A stretch of 63,122 nt of DNA, counting the filler, from Babesia bigemina (Eukaryota): the NCBI RefSeq assembly GCF_000981445.1. It is 7 parts of 7 records of this genome, joined end to end, with 100 filler letters (N's around TTAATTAATTAA, not from the genome) between each part and the next. Parts side by side here need not be neighbours in the genome. Positions count along the whole stretch, not along the records: positions 52,247 to 63,122 come from NW_012237012.1; 6 more parts are not named here. One strand, 5' to 3'. This document shows, piece by piece, positions 53,091 through 63,122 of this stretch. Both the position numbers and the translations under genes were made by a program. The notes beneath the pieces were generated by a model. It did no database searches and was not told where the DNA came from. It saw nothing but the letters and a program-made list of their open reading frames with translations. Position 1 is the stretch's first letter. The number at the start of each line of letters is the position of its first letter.

Positions 53091-56000
53091 TTATGGTTGC
53101 AGGTAAAACACTCTGTTAAGCTTGTTAACACGTGCGGCGGCAAGTAGCGATTGAGCAGCGATACGATGTGATGAGGGACTGTGCAAATGCGATTTGATGT
53201 GGAGCAGGTCTAGGCGGATGACCATGATGTGGATGAGGTACAGGAAAGAGAGGAGCCAGAGGGTTAGAACAGTAAGCATGAAAGGCCATCTGATACATAG
53301 TAGGAAGTCGTCGCATTTGTCGAAGAGGTCTCTGAAATATTGCGAGTGTAGCACGTCGTACAGCTGTTTGCAGAATTGGGAACACGTTTTACGCGTGCTT
53401 TTAGCGTTTAAGGTAGATGCTTCACCGAAGCAAAAACCGTACCTATACAATATGGGTGAGACACCTCTACACTGAACTATTGATGCACACTGACAATAAG
53501 GCGTCTTAGTCTTATCATCGCTGAGTCCATGCTGACCACGTCGGCATTTATCAGCGCGTAAACACGTGCGACATCCCCAATCAGCGCATAAGATATTGCA
53601 GAATTCGTCATACAGGCTCTTGAGGTATTTCCAGAAATCCCACGGCAGGTAGACAGCCCAGGAGAGGTAGGTTTTTGAATTCTTAAATGGTAGACATGAG
53701 TAGTAATCTTCACTGAGCGATAACATATAGGGAGTGCAGTATGCTTTCAGTGCAGGATCATTATATCCTGTTATCGAAAGACTGGATAACGCAGCGTGTG
53801 GAGGCATACGAACCTGAGTGAGATTAACAGGCCGTGGATCACCATACGCATTACGCAATGCTTCTGTAAGTTTTGTAGGTTTCTCATATAGTTCAATGGA
53901 GACGTTTGTAATTGCCTCCTCAAACGGCTCTTCGACACCTGTCTTACGCTTCTTGTTGTCGCTACCAACCCACCCAGCAACAAGTGATAACGTGAAACCG
54001 AAGTGTTCCGGTAACGTAGATGGCGTCTTAGTTTGCAGGCTAAATAGGACATTGAGTTTGCCGTTGTCAAAGAATTTGCCTAGCACGTCACTTATGTCTC
54101 TGCCTGCACGCTTGGTCCCGGAGAAACCTCGGAATCCTAGGGGAGTGAGACAGGGCATTCCAGGCGTGGATCTAGGGCAGGTACTACATTTCGCTTTGCA
54201 GCCAATGTCAGTCAACACGTGAGGTAAATGTCCGGGCAAGCAATCGTATAAGTAGGACATCAATGGCGATTTTGGTTGGCAATTTGGTTCGCACTTTGCT
54301 TGACCATTTGGTTGGCACGTTACTTTAGTGCTAGAGTGTTCGTTGCATGGCCAGTTGGTTGTCTGTACGTCTTTGCCATAATGGCAACCTGCCCACCCGT
54401 ACTCTCTCGCGGCGGTGCTGCACTGTGTCTCCAGGTATTTGAGCGGCGGGAACAATCTGCGGAGGATGTCGAGGAACATGTCAAGGCATTCCTCAGCCGA
54501 CGTCGGATATCTGAACTTGAGAGAGTTATTGCAGAAGTCTACGCCGTACGTTGTGTATTCGTCGCCGTGACCGATGATGCGAGTCAGCACGTCATGCGAT
54601 GTTGCACAAATATGGTTGATGGCAGAATGTATATGATCATATCGGATCTTACTCGGGAACACGTCCACGTAGTACGCTGTCAAATCGTCATATTCAGCAT
54701 CCAATTCCAATCCGTCGTCGCTCGCCTGTATTATCTTCTTCTTCGGCTTCTCCATCAGACCAGTGAAACCATCGCGCACAAATATCTCGTAAACCGAATT
54801 ATAATGCAAACCAGCGCACCAAACTAGCATCTCGTACACAGAACATGGATTACGTTTGGCAGTTAAAGATGCCATGTGGCCGAGAGTATAGTACGTTTCC
54901 AGGTGGCAATGGAGGCAGGCAAGTACATCAAGGACGTGGAACTTATCACTTTTCTTTTCTCTGCCGGTCTTCTCATCCTCGTTTGATTTGCACTTCAAAA
55001 GATGTGTTTTGATGTTTTCGACGTTCGTAAGTGCCTGCCTAATTTTTGCATGAATATGTGAACCCATCATCTGGTCACTACGCCTCAACTCGCCGTCCTG
55101 CTTATCCCTATTGGAAACAACGTAACCGCAATCACTTAAAAATGAACCAAGAACACTAATACGATCTATTTGTTTGGAATGCCAATCTAATTTGCATTTC
55201 TCTCTCAACACATCCAACTCCCCTTTCACCATCTCCACTATCGTCAGGCAGACCTTGGCGCAGTTGCGGCCCTCAGGGGTTAAATCGTACTTTTTCTCAG
55301 ATTTTTGTTTAAGAGCAGGAACAGCTTTTTTGGAGTCAGAATCTTCCACTTCCTTCAACAAAGCCCCGTTGAATCGTTTACCCGAGTACCTGTTCACGTA
55401 CGCGCGGCCGAGTTGCTCGGCGAATTTGGAGAGGCCGGCCTTGAGGGGGGCGAGGAGGGGGGAGGGGGAGTCGGCAAAAGATGAGGGATGTAAAGAGGTA
55501 AGAAGGGCATTAAGTGCATCCAATTTAATGTGAACTTCATGATTAAAATGCTGAGAGCCCATAAGCTCGCTGAGCAGAAAATGGAAGGCGGCTCGGGAAG
55601 GCTCCCATCTACGTTTCAACTTCTTGAAGTCTTCCTGACCATATACTTCAATCATCCAACGGTTGTACAAATCGCGTAACATTTGAGCGAAATATTTGAC
55701 AGTTTGTTCTTGCTCTGACAATTTAGGCTGATCGGTGTTTCTGAGTGTAGCCGACAGTTTTGTTGCGTGATCTTCAAAACATTGGATAAATTGTTTTTTT
55801 AATTTACTCAAAATTCCTTTAAGATGAGTCTCTTTATCAGTCTTTATCGTTCCTTCAATTTTCTGAAACTGCTCCTTAACGATTTTATGCAGGGCGGTGA
55901 CTTCTTGAGTTTTTCTTGCGGTGTAAAGGTCTCTGGTTTGTTGTTCCATTTCAGTGAAAGCAGAATCTATTTTAACTGTGACAGCAATGCGGAGTTTATT

Positions 56001-58247
56001 AAAGCACTTCTCGATTTCTCGAGGTGTATCCTTGAGTAGATTAGTGGCTCTCCTAATGCAGCTTGTAAGTTCTACAGCGACAGCTTCGACCTTACTTCTA
56101 ACGCTACCGACTTCACCACCAAGTGTCTCGATGTTCATCATTAGCTCATTCAAATCTGCGTAAACACTGCCTTTTTTGGTTGCGCTAGTACCAACGTTAT
56201 TTTCCAACAAGTCATTTATTTTTTCGTGAAGTTCATGAGCCAAACTTTCAAGGGCAGACTTACCCTGCGGTACACCTGTAGTTACGTGTGGACCATTCTG
56301 ACTTTGCAGTGCTGTAAGCGCCTGTTGAATTGGGAGTATTTGAGTATTAACTTTCAATTTAATTTTTTTTTGGAGTTCATCGATTGCGTTGTCCGCCGTG
56401 CTTTTCAGCAGCTTTGCAAGTTCGTCTTCCACGTCAACGGCGGTAGCGCTAATAAACCCTCGAATAGTATTCCCTAGATCAGTCGGTGCGGAGCCGATGA
56501 CTGTAGATGGGTTGGGAATTAGTTTCCTCTTAAGAGTTCCTGCTAGCCTCTTAACATCTGTTATTGCTTTCTCGACATTACCAATCTTGCAACTTTTCAA
56601 CGCAAACGAATTTAATTCGTTCCAAACTTGTCTCGCTTTGGATTGCAGCGCTACAAGGGTGGCTTGGAGGGCGAGCTTGAGATGTTGGTTGTCGTAAGTA
56701 GGTGGAGAAATATGCGAGGGAAGGGGAGGCAAGTTGGAAGGAAGGACGGAAGTGGACTGTTGTTGTTTCCACAACTTCTCATTGTTCTCAATTTTCTCTA
56801 ATATCTTATCACCCCTCCCTCCAAAACCCTCCCCAAGCTTCTCCATAAAGATACCGATACCTACAATGACAGCTTCAACATTCTCTTCGATGTTGTATGC
56901 AGATTTGATATTTACAGCATTGCCGGCTTTAGTAATTTCGTTTATAAATTCTTCTTTGATCGCTTCAATTATTACACCGCGCAATGTGTCGTTGTTGCCA
57001 TCTTTCATACGCTGCAGCGTAGTCTGTCTCAACTTTTCACTGTGCTTGTTCCACGTGATCCACCGTGTGAGCCATCCACTGACAACATCCTGCTTGAGAA
57101 TATCTTCCACCCAGTCACCGACTTTTTTCCCAAACTGATCCTTACCGCTGAACGTCCGAGCCCATTGCGCTACTAAATGAGCACTCTCATTCAAATAGCC
57201 GTTAATTCCATCGTTATTGCAGATAGTATCAGTTTCTTTCTGGATGGCGTTATAAATCTGATCGGGCAATATTTTCTCAACGTATCCTTCGACGTTTCGC
57301 CTAATTTTACTCTTAACATCTTCAACGACTTCACTCAACATTAATCTATCCTGTACCAATGCAGCGTCATTCGTCACTCGTGCCTTTACTCCTTGATCAG
57401 CTATACCAATCAACTCAATCTGATTCACTAACGCAACCACCTGTTTTTTAATCTCCGCCTTCTCAGACTGAACCTCCTTTTTAAGCGTGATAGCACTTTC
57501 CACAATAGGCGTTAAACCGCTTACAACTTTCGTATCGTAACTACTTTCTACTTTATGTATGCCGTAATTAACTGTTTTGAAGGCCTCAGTGAGATTGGTG
57601 TTGAGTGCTGTGAACAAATCATTAAATTGCGTCCCTTGCAAGCTGATTATTTGCTCATGCAAGGCCCCAACTTCATGCTTCAAATAGGCTTGGAGCATAT
57701 GTGAATAACGTAAAAAAGTTTTTTCCAAAAATGCTGTGATCTCAGCCCACTTCTTCGCAGCCAACTTGAACATTGCGTCGAGATCCGTGTTTCTTGCCGC
57801 CACCTTGAACGTCTCCGTTGCCTGCACCAGCAATGAAATGTTACATTTCAACTTACCTGATAGTGTAGGATCAACATTGTTTAAGGCGATTTTGGCGTCC
57901 GTTACCTTCCCATGATACCAATCTGCCCGGGTAGTCCAGTCGGCAATTTGCTTCGAAAGCTCATTATGTTTTTCATTTTCTATTGACGTTTTATCACTTT
58001 CAATATCTTTTCTCAATTGTTCAAGTGGATTTTTTAGTTCATTTATTTTCTCATTCAATTTCTTTTCATACCCCTCCAACCACTTCTTCACCGCGCCGAC
58101 AGACTCCGCAAGCCCTTCACGGCCGGAGCCAATATTTTTATTTACCTCTTCTAGTACTTCATTAAGTCTTTTATTAAAATGTTTGTCGTATGTTTCAACT
58201 TCATTTTCGTTTTTCACCGCACCAAGCACACCACTCAAAAATCCCAT
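53091..58247 (-). CDS. ves1: VESA1-like antigen g8 (B-type tail)
   Basis: MGFLSGVLGAVKNENEV start; family motifs; TM; ...AARVNKLNRVFYLQP. Confidence 0.88.
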   Translation of the reverse strand: MGFLSGVLGAVKNENEVETYDKHFNKRLNEVLEEVNKNIGSGREGLAESVGAVKKWLEGYEKKLNEKINELKNPLEQLRKDIESDKTSIENEKHNELSKQIADWTTRADWYHGKVTDAKIALNNVDPTLSGKLKCNISLLVQATETFKVAARNTDLDAMFKLAAKKWAEITAFLEKTFLRYSHMLQAYLKHEVGALHEQIISLQGTQFNDLFTALNTNLTEAFKTVNYGIHKVESSYDTKVVSGLTPIVESAITLKKEVQSEKAEIKKQVVALVNQIELIGIADQGVKARVTNDAALVQDRLMLSEVVEDVKSKIRRNVEGYVEKILPDQIYNAIQKETDTICNNDGINGYLNESAHLVAQWARTFSGKDQFGKKVGDWVEDILKQDVVSGWLTRWITWNKHSEKLRQTTLQRMKDGNNDTLRGVIIEAIKEEFINEITKAGNAVNIKSAYNIEENVEAVIVGIGIFMEKLGEGFGGRGDKILEKIENNEKLWKQQQSTSVLPSNLPPLPSHISPPTYDNQHLKLALQATLVALQSKARQVWNELNSFALKSCKIGNVEKAITDVKRLAGTLKRKLIPNPSTVIGSAPTDLGNTIRGFISATAVDVEDELAKLLKSTADNAIDELQKKIKLKVNTQILPIQQALTALQSQNGPHVTTGVPQGKSALESLAHELHEKINDLLENNVGTSATKKGSVYADLNELMMNIETLGGEVGSVRSKVEAVAVELTSCIRRATNLLKDTPREIEKCFNKLRIAVTVKIDSAFTEMEQQTRDLYTARKTQEVTALHKIVKEQFQKIEGTIKTDKETHLKGILSKLKKQFIQCFEDHATKLSATLRNTDQPKLSEQEQTVKYFAQMLRDLYNRWMIEVYGQEDFKKLKRRWEPSRAAFHFLLSELMGSQHFNHEVHIKLDALNALLTSLHPSSFADSPSPLLAPLKAGLSKFAEQLGRAYVNRYSGKRFNGALLKEVEDSDSKKAVPALKQKSEKKYDLTPEGRNCAKVCLTIVEMVKGELDVLREKCKLDWHSKQIDRISVLGSFLSDCGYVVSNRDKQDGELRRSDQMMGSHIHAKIRQALTNVENIKTHLLKCKSNEDEKTGREKKSDKFHVLDVLACLHCHLETYYTLGHMASLTAKRNPCSVYEMLVWCAGLHYNSVYEIFVRDGFTGLMEKPKKKIIQASDDGLELDAEYDDLTAYYVDVFPSKIRYDHIHSAINHICATSHDVLTRIIGHGDEYTTYGVDFCNNSLKFRYPTSAEECLDMFLDILRRLFPPLKYLETQCSTAAREYGWAGCHYGKDVQTTNWPCNEHSSTKVTCQPNGQAKCEPNCQPKSPLMSYLYDCLPGHLPHVLTDIGCKAKCSTCPRSTPGMPCLTPLGFRGFSGTKRAGRDISDVLGKFFDNGKLNVLFSLQTKTPSTLPEHFGFTLSLVAGWVGSDNKKRKTGVEEPFEEAITNVSIELYEKPTKLTEALRNAYGDPRPVNLTQVRMPPHAALSSLSITGYNDPALKAYCTPYMLSLSEDYYSCLPFKNSKTYLSWAVYLPWDFWKYLKSLYDEFCNILCADWGCRTCLRADKCRRGQHGLSDDKTKTPYCQCASIVQCRGVSPILYRYGFCFGEASTLNAKSTRKTCSQFCKQLYDVLHSQYFRDLFDKCDDFLLCIRWPFMLTVLTLWLLSFLYLIHIMVIRLDLLHIKSHLHSPSSHRIAAQSLLAAARVNKLNRVFYLQP

Positions 58248-58556
58248 CACCCCGTCACACAGCCTATCCAGGTCAGAGTACACAATGCCCTGGCCAGTGT
58301 AGCCTTTGGAATCTTTGTTGAAGCCGAGGAATGTTTCGAGGCCAGAACAGAGGTTATTAAGGATGTTAGTAAAGTTGTTATTTGAGGTATTTTTAAGGTT
58401 TTAGATTTTGTCAAATTTATTGCCAAGCTCCCTAAGCGGCACATGGTCAGGGCAGTGGCAAGAGGTGGAAGAAGGGAAGGGAAGGGTGACAAGGCACAAG
58501 TTATTGCTATGGTTAATAGAGGTCATAGCGGTATTATGGCGAGGTAATTCAAGGGT
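58248..58556 (-). promoter_or_regulatory. Short-type leader of g8 with uORF 58526-58401 (TAA at codon 42)
   Basis: Homologous to the g1 leader. Confidence 0.6.
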
Positions 58557-59207
58557 TGTAGAGTGGGTAAAGGGGCGATGTAGAGTGGGTTAAGGGGGCG
58601 ATGTGGAGTGGGTAAAGGGGCGATGTAGAGTGGGTAAAGGGGCGATGGAGAGTGGGTAAAGGGGCGATGGAGAGTGGGTAAAGGGGCGATGTAGAGTGGA
58701 TTAGGGAGCGATGTAGAGTGGGTAAGGAGCGATGTAGAGTGGATAAGGGAGCGATGTGGAGTGGGTTAGGGAGCGATGTAGAGTGGGTTAGGGAGCGATG
58801 TAGAGTGGATTAGGGAGCGATGTAGAGTGGGTTAGGGAGCGATGTAGAGTGGATAAAGGGGCGATGTAGAGTGGGTAAAGGGGCGATGTAGAGTGGGTAA
58901 AGGGGCGATGTAGAGTGGGTTAGGGAGCGATGTAGAGTGGGTTAGGGAGCGATGTAGAGTGGGTTAGGGAGCGATGAAGAGTGGGTTAAGGGGCGATGTA
59001 GAGTGGATAAAGGCGCGATGTAGAGTGGATAAAGGCGCGATGTAGAGTGGATTAGGGAGCGATGTAGAGTGAATAAAGGGGCGATGTAGAGAGGGTTAAG
59101 GGGCGATGTAGAGTGGATAAAGGGGCGATGTAGAGTGGGTAAAGGGGCGATGAAGAGTGGGTTAGGGAGCGATGTAGAGTGGATTAAGGGGCGATGTAGA
59201 GTGGATA
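58557..59207 (-). repeat. 22-bp satellite S9 (complete, about 30 units) upstream of g8
   Basis: Tandem units bounded on both sides. Confidence 0.97.
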
Positions 59208-59650
59208 ATAATCACTACTTAGGTCACCACTGTCATCGCTGCCGTGACCATGTCATCGCTGCCGTAACCACTAACTTGGTCAGCACTTTGGTCATGGCAT
59301 TGGTCAGCACTTTGGTCATGGCATTGGTCAGCACTTTGGTCATGGCATTGGTCAGCACTTTGGTCATGGCATTGGTCAGCAAATTGGGCAGCACTTTGGT
59401 CAGCACTTTGGTCACCACGTTGGTCATGGCATTGGTCAGATGCTTGTTCACCACTGTCATCGCTGCAGTGTCCACTAACTTGGCCTGGTGCTTGGTCACC
59501 ACTTTGGTCAGCAACTTGGTCAGCACTTTGGTCATGGCATTGGTCAGCACTTTGGTCAGCACTTTGGTCAGCACATAGGTCAACACTTTGGTCATGGCAT
59601 TGGTCAACACGTTGGTCAGCACATTGGGCAGCACATTGGTGAACACTTTA
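59208..59650 (-). repeat. 20-bp adaptor repeats plus 12-bp 3' array after g9
   Basis: Same organisation as 52733-52965. Confidence 0.92.
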
Positions 59651-59773
59651 GTTAACTATTACACAATCACATACAACGGTTAATGAGTGATTCAAAACAT
59701 TATAGAACAATTAGTTGTATAGGTGAGTAGGTGATATGCTAGGTGAGTGTAAACATTAAACACGTGAGTACGA

Positions 59774-62700
59774 TTATGGTTGCAGGTAAAACACTCTGTT
59801 AAGCTTGTTAACACGCGCAGCAGCAAGTAGCGATTGAGCAGCAATCCTATGACTCGACGGACTATGCAAATGCGATTTGATGTGGAGGAGATCGAGGCGG
59901 ATGACCATGATGTGGATGAGGTACAACAAAGAGAGGAGCCAGAGGGCGACGTTGAGCCAGATGAAGGGGGCGCGGATGGTGAAGAGGAATTTGTCACACT
60001 CTTCAAATAATTTTGTGAAGTAGTCCGACTTCAATACATTTTTCAATTGCTTGCAGAAATCGGCACATGTGTTCGGATAATTCTCGTTTTGCAATTTAGA
60101 TGGGTCACCGAAGGAGAACCCATAACTGTACAACGTTGGAGCTACGCCTCTGCAGTCAACAATAGAGTGGCATTGACAATTAGGTTGTTTGGAGGCGTCA
60201 CTTATTGATCCATGTGCTCCACGTTTGCACTTGTCTCCTCTTAAGCAACCACGACAGCCCCAGTCTTGACAGTATATGTTACAGAATGCGTCATACAGAT
60301 CTTTAAGGTACATCCAAAAGTTCCACGGGAGGTATACAGCCCATGACAGGTAAAGATTTGAATGCTTTTTGCCGAGGTATCGATAACAGTCGACAGATAA
60401 ATTGGCAAGGTACGGAGCGCATTCGAGTTCCAAATTGATTTTCCCTTTGCAGCTATGTGAAGTTGTAAGATTCTTGAGGTGCGCATATTCACATTTGCCA
60501 TGCTCGGGATTCGGCGAACCATATGCGTCTGTTAACGCTTTGGTTACTGTGGATTGGTCAGTACAGAGGTTAATAGTTTGCTCGTAGATGGATGCGGCAA
60601 ACGTGTCTCGAAGCGCATGAGAGTCGTAATTATACGGTCTAGATGTTGCATTAATACCATTCGCCAGCGCCAACGTAAAACCGAAGTGCTCCGGCAACGT
60701 TGAAGGCGGCTTAGGAATAAGCGTGAATAGACCCGTAAGATGCTTGATGTTGATGAATTTGGTCAGCACTTCACATATGTCCTTACCCATACGTGTGGGT
60801 CCGGAGAAACCTTTGAATCCAAGAGGCGTTAGGCAAGGCTTACTTTTTTTAGAAGTTGAGCAATTGGCACACTCGTACTTACAGCCAATTTTAGTAAGTT
60901 GATGAGGTAAATGACCCGGCAAGCAATCGTTCAGGTAACTCATCAATGGCGATGTTGGTTGGCAATCTACTTGGCACGTTACTTCGCACTTTGCTTGGCA
61001 CGTTGGTTTACACTTTGCTTGGCAGTTTGATTCATCATCTGGTTCGTCGGATGGATGAACTTTGCATGGCCATTTGGCTGTCATGATTCCCTTGCCGTAC
61101 TTGCACGATTGCCAGCCGTTGAGCCCATTGCTGAGCTTGCACTGACTATACAAATATTGTAATGTTGGCAACATTCGACGAAGGATGTCTAGGAGCATAT
61201 CGAGGCAGTCTTCCCCGTTTTGGGGGTAATTGAAATTCATGTAATTGTTGGAATAGTCTACAGCGTATGTCGTGAATTCGTCGCCGTGACCGGCAATTGC
61301 GCAAAGGACGTCATATGAAGTCGAACATATATGCGTCACGGCTGCCCACAGTTCATCATATGATACGTCACGTGGGTAGGCTTCCAGGGATACGGAGCGT
61401 GCATCAACCAATGACACCTTGAACTCCCCTCCGTCTGCCTGTCGTTCTACTGCTAATACGTCGCCATGTTCTCCCTCATCTTCTCTACCTCTTTTATATA
61501 GCTCTTCCAAAACGTTCATGATGGCTACACTTAGCTTACTTTGATGTACCGGATTGTGCGTTAGTCCCGAGAGCCAAGCGAGCATCTCGTACACGGAGCA
61601 TGGCTGTCTCTTGGAGGTGAATGTTGAGAGATGGCACAAGTCGTTGTATGTCTCCAAATAGTCGAAAAGTATCTCGAGTGCACGTTTGGCATTTTTATCG
61701 GAGTGATAAATATGCTGCTTATCGCCTACAAGAAGATCGTCGTGGATATATTGACCCGTGCACCCCGTCTTATTCCTCAGGTGACCTTCATGGGAATCAT
61801 GCGACTTGGAAACTTTGTAACCGCATTTGTTCAAAAATTGACCAAATGAGTTTTCATCTTCGTTACTGTCTTGCAAATAAATTTGTCTTCCTCTCCAGGC
61901 GTTTGGAGCATTCTGCTTTAACTCGTCTAACCCGGCTTTCAGAGTCACCAAAATCGTCAAAAATACCTTCGACAAATTTCTTCCGGCATCCGTCAATTTT
62001 TCACCTTTACCATCCTCATTTGAGACCAATTTACCCATATTCACCTTCTCCTCATACCCCTCATACCTACTCACATACACCCGCTCCATCTGCTCGACAA
62101 ACCCCTGCAGCCCCGCTCTGACCGCATCGAGCAGCTCCGGGTGCCGGGGGTTGGCGAAGGCGGAGGGGTGGAGAGAGGTGAGGGAGGAGGAGAGGGTGGA
62201 GAGGAGGGAGGTGAATTGGTGATCGTAATTATAGTTTTTAGACTGTTTTGCATCAATTAAATTAGTAAGTAAGTTGTTAAGATCTTCATTAATTTTTTTT
62301 ACATTTTTGGATTCATCAGTGTCAGCAAATATGGCTGCCGCACTCCTAGGCTGTGGCGGAATTTTTATTTCGTCTTCAATGTACGGTAAAATGTTTGTTA
62401 CGTAGGCATGGAATTTGGATGACAGGTCCTTGAATATTTTAATAGTGAATGCTTGTTTTAGTGGTGCAAGCAATGACGCCGACGTCTGAAATTCTGGAAG
62501 CGCAAATGTTATTACAGTCACCTTGATTCCATATATCGTCCTCAAAAAACCTTTAACACCCGTTTTTTTATCTTTTTCAATTACGATCTTAATCTCCTCA
62601 GTTTTGTAATGCACTATCGCTTTTAACTTCTCAAACACATCGCTGATTTTGGCGTTATACTGCTTTCGGGCTTCATTTTGGATTGCTTTAGTACTTCTGT

Positions 62701-63121
62701 TAACTTCTTGAGACACAAACATTTCGATGTCCCAAATACATTGCTTGCATTGTGAGTTTAGGGAATTTCTGATTCTTTGCGCTTCGTCAATCAAGGGAGC
62801 CAACTTTGTTTGTTGTAGCTCACGAAGATCATGCATTAAGTTTTTTAGCTTGCGGTCGAAGACATCATTTTTCAGTGTACCCAAATTCCCTGTGAGAAAC
62901 TCGCTTGAATTTTTAACAGCATCGCAGAGGCTGTTGAGTTTCTCCAAAACATCCAAAATATGACCGCTTTTCAACCTTTCAACGTTGTTTTTGATTTCCT
63001 CAAAACCCTTTGTAAAAACAGATTCAACACCTTCAGTAAGTCCATTTTTCAGCTCGGTCAGCAGCGTATGTACACCTTTCTTCCTATCCTGAGAACCGTC
63101 GAAATACTTGCGCCCATCTTG
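59774..63121 (-). CDS. ves1: VESA1-like antigen g9, 5' part outside the window (B-type tail)
   Basis: Frame stays open from 62974 to the window edge; PCSVYEMLAWL, SPLMSYLNDCLPGHLPH, TM, VFYLQP. Confidence 0.87.
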   Translation of the reverse strand, partial: QDGRKYFDGSQDRKKGVHTLLTELKNGLTEGVESVFTKGFEEIKNNVERLKSGHILDVLEKLNSLCDAVKNSSEFLTGNLGTLKNDVFDRKLKNLMHDLRELQQTKLAPLIDEAQRIRNSLNSQCKQCIWDIEMFVSQEVNRSTKAIQNEARKQYNAKISDVFEKLKAIVHYKTEEIKIVIEKDKKTGVKGFLRTIYGIKVTVITFALPEFQTSASLLAPLKQAFTIKIFKDLSSKFHAYVTNILPYIEDEIKIPPQPRSAAAIFADTDESKNVKKINEDLNNLLTNLIDAKQSKNYNYDHQFTSLLSTLSSSLTSLHPSAFANPRHPELLDAVRAGLQGFVEQMERVYVSRYEGYEEKVNMGKLVSNEDGKGEKLTDAGRNLSKVFLTILVTLKAGLDELKQNAPNAWRGRQIYLQDSNEDENSFGQFLNKCGYKVSKSHDSHEGHLRNKTGCTGQYIHDDLLVGDKQHIYHSDKNAKRALEILFDYLETYNDLCHLSTFTSKRQPCSVYEMLAWLSGLTHNPVHQSKLSVAIMNVLEELYKRGREDEGEHGDVLAVERQADGGEFKVSLVDARSVSLEAYPRDVSYDELWAAVTHICSTSYDVLCAIAGHGDEFTTYAVDYSNNYMNFNYPQNGEDCLDMLLDILRRMLPTLQYLYSQCKLSNGLNGWQSCKYGKGIMTAKWPCKVHPSDEPDDESNCQAKCKPTCQAKCEVTCQVDCQPTSPLMSYLNDCLPGHLPHQLTKIGCKYECANCSTSKKSKPCLTPLGFKGFSGPTRMGKDICEVLTKFINIKHLTGLFTLIPKPPSTLPEHFGFTLALANGINATSRPYNYDSHALRDTFAASIYEQTINLCTDQSTVTKALTDAYGSPNPEHGKCEYAHLKNLTTSHSCKGKINLELECAPYLANLSVDCYRYLGKKHSNLYLSWAVYLPWNFWMYLKDLYDAFCNIYCQDWGCRGCLRGDKCKRGAHGSISDASKQPNCQCHSIVDCRGVAPTLYSYGFSFGDPSKLQNENYPNTCADFCKQLKNVLKSDYFTKLFEECDKFLFTIRAPFIWLNVALWLLSLLYLIHIMVIRLDLLHIKSHLHSPSSHRIAAQSLLAAARVNKLNRVFYLQP

Positions 63122-63122
63122 C

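Noticed and set aside
59135..59646. VLTN/LVST repeat ORFs over the 12-bp arrays, and ORFs over the satellite
   Set aside because: By-products of tandem repeats; stops and starts differ between copies

Overview
Eukaryotic piroplasm (Babesia-like; most consistent with the B. bigemina/B. ovata lineage, which is an inference) variant-antigen DNA. It is seven unrelated contigs joined by artificial 100-bp spacers (44 N + TTAATTAATTAA + 44 N), so adjacency across gaps is meaningless. The window holds nine ~5-6 kb ves/VESA1-like genes (g1-g9; some truncated or frameshifted) with the GYxGxGIVYSDLDRLCDxVM motif, a Cys-rich C-terminal half, one TM helix and a conserved ...YLQP tail. It also holds two small Cys-rich TM-protein genes and an orphan ves tail. 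Each ves gene sits in a stereotyped cassette: 22-bp strand-polarised satellite, then a conserved leader with uORFs (four of five short leaders share an in-frame stop at codon 42), the ves CDS, a tail-type-specific 3' region, and a 24-bp hairpin or 12-bp array. The cassette then continues either through a 20/25-bp adaptor into the next satellite, or through a conserved ~500-bp element and tandem mini-intron-like repeats into a metallothionein-like TM gene. The genes are mosaics of interchangeable modules. The cassette grammar, the leader logic and the Cys-rich partner gene are the most interesting signals.
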